The notes beneath the pieces are model-generated. The model had not been told where the DNA came from. It saw nothing but the letters and a program-made list of their open reading frames with translations, and did no database searches. From a virus: a stretch of 39,970 bases of DNA. Both the position numbers and the translations under genes were made by a program. Of this stretch, positions 33,994 to 39,970 are shown piece after piece; within the stretch, counting starts at the first letter, position 1, and each line of letters begins with the position of its first letter. The stretch lies in UHGV virus genome UHGV-0404708; one strand, given 5' to 3'.

Positions 33994-34590
33994 ATGATGC
34001 CTGCTGAACCTAAAACCTATAAACGCAAATCAACGCAATTTAAGCCACTAACAGCAATGCAGGAGGCTTATTGCCAGTCATACATCAAAACGCCTGAAAA
34101 CCAGACTCAGGCAGCGATTAACGCAGGATTTTCCCCAAATACAGCGGCAGTTAAAGCCAGTGTCATGATGCGCGATGAACGCATTCAAAAACGGATTGCC
34201 GAGTTGATGGAGGAGCGCAACAAACGAATACGCGTCAGTGCTGATTACGTTCTCATGCGGCTGGTGGAGATCGACCAGATGGACGTGATTGATATCCTCA
34301 ACGACGATGGGAGCCTTAAGCCAATCCGCGAGTGGCCGAAAATCTGGCGCACTACGCTTAGCGGCTTTGATCTGTCATCGACCATCATGAACATGAACGA
34401 GGATTCGATAGAGACAATCCTCAAAAAAATTAAATGGCCTGACAAGGTGAAGAACCTCGAACTGATTGGTAAGCACGTCGACGTCAACGCATTCAAAGAA
34501 CGCCTAGATGTTAATGTGAATGTGACAATTGCTGATCGCATAGCAGCAGCCAGGAAGCGACTCAAAGAACGTCAGGATGGTAATCAGTGA
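33994..34590 (+). CDS. terS: terminase small subunit
   Basis: Track ORF 33916..34590; ATG 33994/33997; small-terminase-like composition; stop overlaps terL start. Confidence 0.7.
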   Translation: MMPAEPKTYKRKSTQFKPLTAMQEAYCQSYIKTPENQTQAAINAGFSPNTAAVKASVMMRDERIQKRIAELMEERNKRIRVSADYVLMRLVEIDQMDVIDILNDDGSLKPIREWPKIWRTTLSGFDLSSTIMNMNEDSIETILKKIKWPDKVKNLELIGKHVDVNAFKERLDVNVNVTIADRIAAARKRLKERQDGNQ

Positions 34591-36062
34591 CAGATACAGT
34601 GTTATCTCCTGAAGAGCAGTTGATCGAGGATATTGCAGGGTTTACTCACGATCCGCTTGGTTATGCCATCTATGCGTTCCCGTGGGGGGAAGAGGGGACT
34701 GAACTGGCACATGCTACTGGCCCACGTCAGTGGCAGGCTGATGCGTTCCGAGAGATACGTGATCACCTGCAGAATCCAGAGACGCGCTATCAGCCGCTTA
34801 TGCTGGCACGCGCTTCTGGTCACGGTATTGGTAAATCCGCATTCATTTCAATGCTGATCAACTGGGGCATGTCCACTTGCGAGGATTGTAAGGTCGTGGT
34901 GACCGCCAACACCGACAACCAGCTACGAACGAAGACCTGGCCGGAAATTATCAAGTGGTCGAACCTTGCTATCACGAAAGACTGGTTTACCTGTACCGCT
35001 ACCGCGATGTACAGCAATGACCCTGGGCACGACAAGCGGTGGCGAGCTGACGCAATCCCCTGGTCTGAGCACAACACTGAGGCATTCGCCGGACTACACA
35101 ACGAGCGCAAACGCATCATCGTGGTATTCGATGAAGCGTCGAACATTGCGGATCTGGTGTGGGAAGTTGCTGAGGGGGCGCTTACGGACGAAGACACTGA
35201 GATTATCTGGGTGGCGTTCGGAAACCCTACACGTAACACCGGACGTTTCCGCGAATGTTTCCGCAAATATAAACACCGCTGGAAAACTGCGCAGATTGAC
35301 AGCCGAACGGTGGAAGGCACTAACAAACAGCAGTTGCAGAAATGGGTTGATGACTACGGGGAAGACAGCGACTTCGTTAAAATCCGTGTGCGCGGCATAT
35401 TCCCTGATGCATCTGAATTGCAGTTTATCCCTACCGGTCTTACTGATGAGGCAATGAAACGGGTGGTAACCGCTGCGCAGGTGGCGCATGCTCCGGTGAT
35501 AATCGGCGTTGACCCGGCATACTCCGGCGTTGATGACGCTGTGATATACCTGCGGCAGGGGCTGCACAGTAAGGTGCTATGGACTGGCAACAAGACCACT
35601 GACGATCTGATTATGGCGAAGCGTATCGCTGACTTTGAAGACCAGTACCAGGCTGACGCGGTGTTCATCGACTTCGGTTACGGAACCGGTCTGAAGTCAA
35701 TCGGTGACGGATGGGGTCGTACATGGCAACTTGTTCCGTTCGGTGGCGCGTCTACTGACCCGCAGATGCTCAACAAGCGTGGGGAGATGTTCAATTCATG
35801 CAAGACATGGCTGAGGCTGGGCGGCATGCTGGATGACCAGGAAACAGCAGACGACCTGTCGGCGGCAGAGTACAAAGTTCGAGTGGATGGTAAAATCGTT
35901 ATCGAACCGAAGGAAGATATCAAGGAGCGGCTTGGGCGTTCGCCGGGTAAAGGCGATGCGCTACTGCTGACGTTTGCGTTCCCTGTGTCTAAGCGTCTGC
36001 GAATTCCCGGGCAGCAGAACCAGCAAGGCAAGGCCATCACAGATTACGATCCCTATGCTTAA
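34587..36062 (+). CDS. terL: terminase large subunit
   Basis: 491 aa, GTG start overlapping terS stop; Walker A-like GHGIGKS; nuclease-type C-terminal half. Confidence 0.9.
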   Translation: MTDTVLSPEEQLIEDIAGFTHDPLGYAIYAFPWGEEGTELAHATGPRQWQADAFREIRDHLQNPETRYQPLMLARASGHGIGKSAFISMLINWGMSTCEDCKVVVTANTDNQLRTKTWPEIIKWSNLAITKDWFTCTATAMYSNDPGHDKRWRADAIPWSEHNTEAFAGLHNERKRIIVVFDEASNIADLVWEVAEGALTDEDTEIIWVAFGNPTRNTGRFRECFRKYKHRWKTAQIDSRTVEGTNKQQLQKWVDDYGEDSDFVKIRVRGIFPDASELQFIPTGLTDEAMKRVVTAAQVAHAPVIIGVDPAYSGVDDAVIYLRQGLHSKVLWTGNKTTDDLIMAKRIADFEDQYQADAVFIDFGYGTGLKSIGDGWGRTWQLVPFGGASTDPQMLNKRGEMFNSCKTWLRLGGMLDDQETADDLSAAEYKVRVDGKIVIEPKEDIKERLGRSPGKGDALLLTFAFPVSKRLRIPGQQNQQGKAITDYDPYA

Positions 36063-36112
36063 TCCGCTGGTTGGGATAATGTCGTTGATATCCTCTGATG
36101 AGGATAAAACAA

Positions 36113-36139
36113 AGCCAGCTCATCGGCTGGCTGTTTGTG
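36113..36139. terminator. bidirectional terminator-like hairpin
   Basis: AGCCAGC-loop-GCTGGCT with GTTTGTG on plus side and TTGTTTTA on minus side; between convergent terL and 36153..36524. Confidence 0.5.
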
Positions 36140-36148
36140 ACATGTCAC
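36137..36148. repeat. GTGACATGTCAC palindrome, copy 3
   Basis: Perfect 12-bp palindrome 5 nt beyond the stop of minus-strand gene 36153..36524, adjacent to terminator hairpin. Confidence 0.8.
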
Positions 36149-36152
36149 GGTG

Positions 36153-36524
36153 TTATTGCTCGCTTAGCTTCTGCTTCAGCAAGTAACCTTCGAGCATCCA
36201 GATTTTGTTTACAGCATTCTGCCGGGCAATCTTCCGACCAATTTCTGCATCAAAGTTTTCCGGGCTTGCACAGGCGCTCTCTCCGGTGACGGTGAAGCCG
36301 TTGCGCAGCACCAGGACGCAGAACGTCAGCAGAGAAAGTGATTCGTGCGGCTGGTAGTTTACCTCCCCGCCAGTATGTTTCGCTTTTATGGCTTTGCCAA
36401 AGGCACCATCTTCTGCTGTGAAATATGCCTCCTGAGCAATAATGCCTTCGATATGGTCTGGCGTAACGCGCGGTGCCGTTTTGCCTTTCTCAACGATTTC
36501 TTTTTCGATTTGCTGGTCGTTCAT
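36153..36524 (-). CDS. hypothetical protein (N4 Gp49/Sf6 gene 66-like small phage protein)
   Basis: 123 aa; SD AAGGTGAG before ATG; family call from memory, weak. Confidence 0.5.
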   Translation of the reverse strand: MNDQQIEKEIVEKGKTAPRVTPDHIEGIIAQEAYFTAEDGAFGKAIKAKHTGGEVNYQPHESLSLLTFCVLVLRNGFTVTGESACASPENFDAEIGRKIARQNAVNKIWMLEGYLLKQKLSEQ

Positions 36525-36535
36525 AATCTCACCTT

Positions 36536-36559
36536 AAAAAAATGCCCGGCGAACCGGGC
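36536..36559 (-). terminator. rho-independent terminator downstream of tRNA
   Basis: Minus sense GCCCGG-TTCG-CCGGGC followed by T7-8. Confidence 0.7.
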
Positions 36560-36722
36560 GAACTGGAAGCAATGAGTTATGCCTTCCGTGGCTGTACTGG
36601 TTTACAGCATGAAGTCATCGCAATGGCGTCCTGCTGTAAAAAGGGTGGTGGTAGTCCTTCAAGGGAAACCATCACCGCCAAGCCCCTGGAACTTCTGGCA
36701 TCACGGTCCTTAGGCGTGATTC

Positions 36723-36799
36723 TGGCGTGGCATGCAGGATTCGAACCTGCGACCAACCGCTTAGAAGGCGGTTGCTCTGTCTAACTGAGCTAATGCCAC
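36723..36799 (-). tRNA. tRNA-Arg (anticodon UCU)
   Basis: Minus-strand read GTGGCATTAGCTCAGTTAGACAGAGCAACCGCCTTCTAAGCGGTTGGTCGCAGGTTCGAATCCTGCATGCCACGCCA folds as cloverleaf: 7-bp acceptor, GCTC/GAGC D-stem, ACCGC/GCGGT anticodon stem with loop CU-UCU-AA, GCAGG/CCUGC T-stem with TTCGAAT loop, encoded CCA. Confidence 0.9.
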
Positions 36800-37121
36800 A
36801 ACGCTGAGAGCACTTAGCCTGTTAAGGCGCCACACTTTGTCGCGGCTCCATAAATGCTCTCATCGTTGTACCCTCGTCTCTTCCGAGGCGTCACACCGAA
36901 TCGCCGGGATGGTGAATCCCCGTGCGCGGAATAAAACCGCTCGACTTGCACATTCCGGCTACCTGGTTCGTTTGCCCGAGAAAGGGAGGGTGCCCCTTAA
37001 ACGTATCCAGACCGCTATCGGCGCATGTGCCATACGCCGTACTGCTCAAAATAAAAGCTCACTCCACCTGTTCAATTTAACGACAAGCCAGTCAGGTTAG
37101 TAACCGGAATGAGCTCCTTAG

Positions 37122-37136
37122 TTACCTGAAAGGTAA
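37122..37136. promoter_or_regulatory. operator-like palindrome
   Basis: TTACCTGAAAGGTAA exact; intergenic between tRNA and portal operon. Confidence 0.5.
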
Positions 37137-37177
37137 TAATTCACGCGTTAAATGTCAACCGTCTACGATAAATAAAT

Positions 37178-37186
37178 CATATGTGG
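37178..37186. promoter_or_regulatory. CATATGTGG motif (CCAYATRTGG family)
   Basis: Inside ~25-bp block (37171-37200) near-identical to reverse complement of 18815-18840; about 45 bp upstream of 37227 gene. Confidence 0.35.
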
Positions 37187-37226
37187 TTAAATTGGTAATA
37201 ATTTAATTGCGTACGGAGTCATTGAT

Positions 37227-37433
37227 ATGTGCATGGGTAGCTCACCATCAGTGCCTGCAACACCAGAAGTTCAGGCAGCACCACAGGAGCAGGATGCCGC
37301 CGTTGTTGATGCCCGCGACGAAGAAACTCGTCGCCGTCGCGCTGCTGCTGGTCGTAGTTCTACGCTGCTTACCGGTTCTCATGGCGACACATCAACCGCT
37401 AATACCAGCGGTAAAACGCTGCTTGGTCAGTAA
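37227..37433 (+). CDS. small hypothetical protein preceding portal
   Basis: 68 aa; SD GGAG in context GGAGTCATTGATATG, repeated before portal start. Confidence 0.5.
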   Translation: MCMGSSPSVPATPEVQAAPQEQDAAVVDARDEETRRRRAAAGRSSTLLTGSHGDTSTANTSGKTLLGQ

Positions 37434-37447
37434 CCGGAGTCATTGAA

Positions 37448-39127
37448 ATGGCGGAAACAACTAAAGAGCGATTGAACAAACAGTTCGCACAACTTGAAAG
37501 CGAGCGTCAGTCGTTCGAGCCGCACTGGCGCGAGTTGAGTGATTACATCAACCCGCGTGGTTCCCGCTTTCTGACTTCTGAGGTCAACCGTAACGATCGA
37601 CGCAATACACGCATTATTGATTCGACCGGGACTATGGCGGCGCGCACTCTCGCCAGCGGCATGATGTCAGGCATCACAAGCCCCGCGCGTCCGTGGTTTC
37701 GCCTGGCTACGCCAGATCCTGAAATGATGGATTATGGCCCTGTTAAGTTGTGGCTTGAGGCGGTGCAGAACCGCATGAACGATATGTTCAATAAGTCGAA
37801 TCTCTACCAGTCGCTGCCGCAGTTATACGGAAGCCTCGGCACATACAGCACTGGTGCAATGGCGGTGCTGGAGGATGACGAGGACATCATTCGCACAATG
37901 CCATTCCCGATAGGCAGTTACTACCTGGCTAACTCACCTCGTGGCAGTGTTGACACCTGTTTTCGCAAGTTCTCTATGACTGTTCGTCAGCTTGTTCAGG
38001 AGTTCGGGCTAAATAACGTCAGCGAATACGTAAAAAGCATGTGGGAAAGCGGCACCTACGAGAAGTGGATCGAAGTGATGCATTCGGTTTACCCGAACAT
38101 TGACCGCGATACATCGAAGCTGGATAGCAAGAACAAGCCATTCAAATCGGTTTATTACGAGGTTGGCGGCGATAACGACAAGTTGTTGCGTGAGTCCGGA
38201 TTCGATGAGTTTCCAATTATGGCTCCGCGCTGGGAAGTTAACGGCGAGGATGTTTATGGATCATCATGCCCGGGTATGCTGGCGCTTGGACCTGTTAAGG
38301 CATTGCAGCTTCTCCAGAAGCGCAAGTCGCAGTTGATTGATAAAGCCACCAATCCGCCGATGGTTGCTCCGACTTCCCTCAAGAATCAGCGCGCCTCCCT
38401 TCTTCCTGGCGACATCACGTATATCGATCAGATTACTGGTCAGGATGGTTTCAGGCCTGCTTATCTGGTTAACCCCAGTACAGCAGATCTGGTAGCAGAC
38501 ATTCAGGACACCCGCCAAATCATTAACAGCGCCTACTTTGTCGATCTGTTCATGATGTTGCAGAACATCAATACCCGCTCGATGCCTGTTGAAGCAGTGA
38601 TCGAAATGAAAGAAGAAAAACTTCTGATGTTGGGGCCGGTTCTGGAGCGTCTGAACGACGAATGTCTTAATCCTCTCATTGACCGCGCTTTCTCGATGAT
38701 GGTGCGTAAAAACATGTTGCCGCCACCGCCTGACGCGATGGAAGGTATGCCACTGAAGGTCGAATACATTTCCGTCATGGCTCAGGCGCAGAAGTCTATC
38801 GGCTTGTCCAGTTTGGCGTCCACGGTCAACTTCATTGGTCAACTTGCGCAAGCGAAACCAGAAGCTCTCGACAAACTCAATGTTGATCAGGCGATTGATG
38901 CATTCGCTGATATGTCCGGAGTGTCTCCAACCGTCATTGTTCCGCAGGAACAGGTTGAGCAGGCACGCCAGCAACGGGCACAGCAGCAACAGCAGCAACA
39001 AATGATGGCGATGGGGATGGCGGCGGCACAGGGCGCCAAGACGCTAAGCGAAGCTAAAACTTCGGATCCGAGTGTGTTGTCAGCTATGGCGAATGCAGTT
39101 AGTGGTCAGGGTGGGCAATCACAATGA
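37448..39127 (+). CDS. portal (head-to-tail connector) protein, T7 gp8-like
   Basis: 559 aa; Gln-rich, Met/Ala-rich C-terminal tail as in T7-type connectors; followed by small ORF and scaffold. Confidence 0.8.
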   Translation: MAETTKERLNKQFAQLESERQSFEPHWRELSDYINPRGSRFLTSEVNRNDRRNTRIIDSTGTMAARTLASGMMSGITSPARPWFRLATPDPEMMDYGPVKLWLEAVQNRMNDMFNKSNLYQSLPQLYGSLGTYSTGAMAVLEDDEDIIRTMPFPIGSYYLANSPRGSVDTCFRKFSMTVRQLVQEFGLNNVSEYVKSMWESGTYEKWIEVMHSVYPNIDRDTSKLDSKNKPFKSVYYEVGGDNDKLLRESGFDEFPIMAPRWEVNGEDVYGSSCPGMLALGPVKALQLLQKRKSQLIDKATNPPMVAPTSLKNQRASLLPGDITYIDQITGQDGFRPAYLVNPSTADLVADIQDTRQIINSAYFVDLFMMLQNINTRSMPVEAVIEMKEEKLLMLGPVLERLNDECLNPLIDRAFSMMVRKNMLPPPPDAMEGMPLKVEYISVMAQAQKSIGLSSLASTVNFIGQLAQAKPEALDKLNVDQAIDAFADMSGVSPTVIVPQEQVEQARQQRAQQQQQQQMMAMGMAAAQGAKTLSEAKTSDPSVLSAMANAVSGQGGQSQ

Positions 39128-39420
39128 CAGATTACGAAGACGATCAACTGAAAGAAGAAAACGCCCGTAAGCAACGTGACATGGCACAGCGTGAAATTGA
39201 TGACATTCGCTTTGTCATGAGCAGTGAACAGGGGCGTCGCGTTGTCTGGTCGGTGCTGGAGAAAGGCCGTGTGTTTTCTGCTATCTCACCGATGGACGCT
39301 ATGGCTATGGCATTTAATGAGGGGCAACGCAATCTGGCGCTGGAACTGTTTCAGCGCGTTATGGCGCATTGCCCTGAACAGTATTTGAAGATGGCCAAAG
39401 AGGCCAGTGAACAGGAGTGA
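39124..39420 (+). CDS. hypothetical head-assembly protein
   Basis: 98-aa ORF with ATGA overlap to portal stop. Confidence 0.5.
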   Translation: MTDYEDDQLKEENARKQRDMAQREIDDIRFVMSSEQGRRVVWSVLEKGRVFSAISPMDAMAMAFNEGQRNLALELFQRVMAHCPEQYLKMAKEASEQE

Positions 39421-39422
39421 TC

Positions 39423-39970
39423 ATGAATTTATTTGAGCGTTTGCTGTATCGCCGTCTTTGCAATGAGCAACCAGTCGATGGTGGAGCAGCTCCAGCTGCG
39501 TCAGAACCGTCAGCGCCTGCAGGTGATAACCCTGCTCCAGTTGGTGATCCATCACAACAGGAAGGTGATAAGCCACAACCTGTTGCTGATGGCGATAAAC
39601 CTGCTGATGACAAAAAGCCTGAAAACGATAAGCAGGGTGAAAAAAAGGACGGCGATAAACCAGAGGGTGCGCCTGAGAAGTACGAGTTTCAGGCTGCCGA
39701 AGGCGTAGAGCTGGATACAGAAGCGTTGAAGGAATTCGAGCCGGTGGCGCGAGAACTTAACCTGACCAACGAGCAAGCGCAAAAGCTGGTTGATGCTTAT
39801 CCGAAGATTCTGGCAGGTGTTCAGCAGCGCCAGGCAGAAGCCTGGCAGAAAACAACCGAGCAGTGGGCTGCGGATGTAAAAGCTGACAAAGAAATCGGTG
39901 GCGACAAGTTGATTTCTAACCTTAGCGCCGCACAGCGTGCGCTTGACCAGTTCGGGACACCTGAACTCAA
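39423..39970 (+). CDS. scaffolding protein, 5' portion (ORF runs off window end)
   Basis: ATG 39423; 182 codons without stop to window end; acidic Asp/Glu/Lys/Pro-rich low-complexity N-terminus; in frame with 1..148. Confidence 0.6.
   Translation, partial: MNLFERLLYRRLCNEQPVDGGAAPAASEPSAPAGDNPAPVGDPSQQEGDKPQPVADGDKPADDKKPENDKQGEKKDGDKPEGAPEKYEFQAAEGVELDTEALKEFEPVARELNLTNEQAQKLVDAYPKILAGVQQRQAEAWQKTTEQWAADVKADKEIGGDKLISNLSAAQRALDQFGTPEL

Noticed and set aside
36542-36784. Plus-strand 80-aa ORF
   Set aside because: Overlaps the tRNA and terminator on the opposite strand; no SD; almost certainly spurious.
36723-36799. tRNA as integration-site remnant (attL/attR)
   Set aside because: The tRNA is full length with intact acceptor stem and CCA, lies far from the integrase, and both flanks are phage DNA; more consistent with a phage-encoded tRNA.
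36800-37120. Second tRNA or coding gene in the 400-bp tRNA-portal spacer (track ORF 36837..37100)
   Set aside because: GGTGAATCC-like segment does not form a proper T-arm/cloverleaf; the 87-aa ORF has no SD and is simply Arg/Lys-rich; treated as non-coding leader.
14709-37136. GGTAA half-sites as mere Shine-Dalgarno sequences
   Set aside because: Considered because AGGTAA resembles an SD and one site overlaps an RBS, but each site has the TTACC partner at fixed 5-bp spacing and most are more than 40 bp from any start codon.
37130-37158. Leftward promoter for the tRNA (-35 TTGACA at 37153-37158 on minus strand)
   Set aside because: No acceptable -10 hexamer at 16-18-bp spacing, so not reported as a feature.
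1-39970. Phage-encoded RNA polymerase and T7-type 23-bp promoters
   Set aside because: No ORF of suitable size or motif for a single-subunit RNAP; recurring motifs are short palindromes, not T7-like promoters, so host RNAP is assumed.
1-39970. Insertion sequences or transposase genes
   Set aside because: No transposase-like ORF and no terminal inverted repeats bounding any segment.

Overview
This 39,970-bp window reads as an essentially complete, circularly permuted genome of a temperate enterobacterial podovirus with a T7-type virion module; no host flank is visible. All protein-family calls come from reading the supplied translations and the sequence by eye; no database search, HMM or folding run was possible. 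Regulatory-site coordinates are hand-counted and may be off by 1-2 bp. A scaffolding-protein ORF is split by the window ends and is in frame across them. Layout from nt 1: scaffold 3' end, major capsid, small head proteins, tail tubular A/B-like genes and five internal-virion/core genes (0.1-13.2 kb); an AT-rich accessory island on the minus strand (13.2-16.8 kb) carrying a near-consensus LexA box, a heavily structured 314-nt intergenic element and four unrecognised genes; tail fiber (16.8-18.8 kb); lysis cassette with a GH19-type endolysin and embedded Rz/Rz1 (18.9-20.7 kb); P4-type integrase with arm-type repeats (20.7-22.3 kb); a leftward early operon with phosphatase, MT-A70 methylase, AlpA-like gene and RecT/exonuclease (22.3-26.5 kb); immunity region with a two-HTH repressor, tripartite operator and Cro-like gene (26.6-27.6 kb); O/P-type replication genes with iterons (27.9-29.5 kb); small accessory genes separated by a thrice-repeated junction sequence (29.6-33.9 kb); terminase small and large subunits, a minus-strand tRNA-Arg(UCU), portal and scaffold 5' end (34.0-40.0 kb). 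Two short palindromic motif families recur genome-wide: TTACC-N5-GGTAA (8 exact and 5 one-mismatch intergenic sites) and GTGACATGTCAC (3 sites at gene 3' ends). The most promising candidate for an undescribed system is the SOS-controlled minus-strand island at 14.0-16.7 kb, though the parsimonious reading is an antirepressor module.
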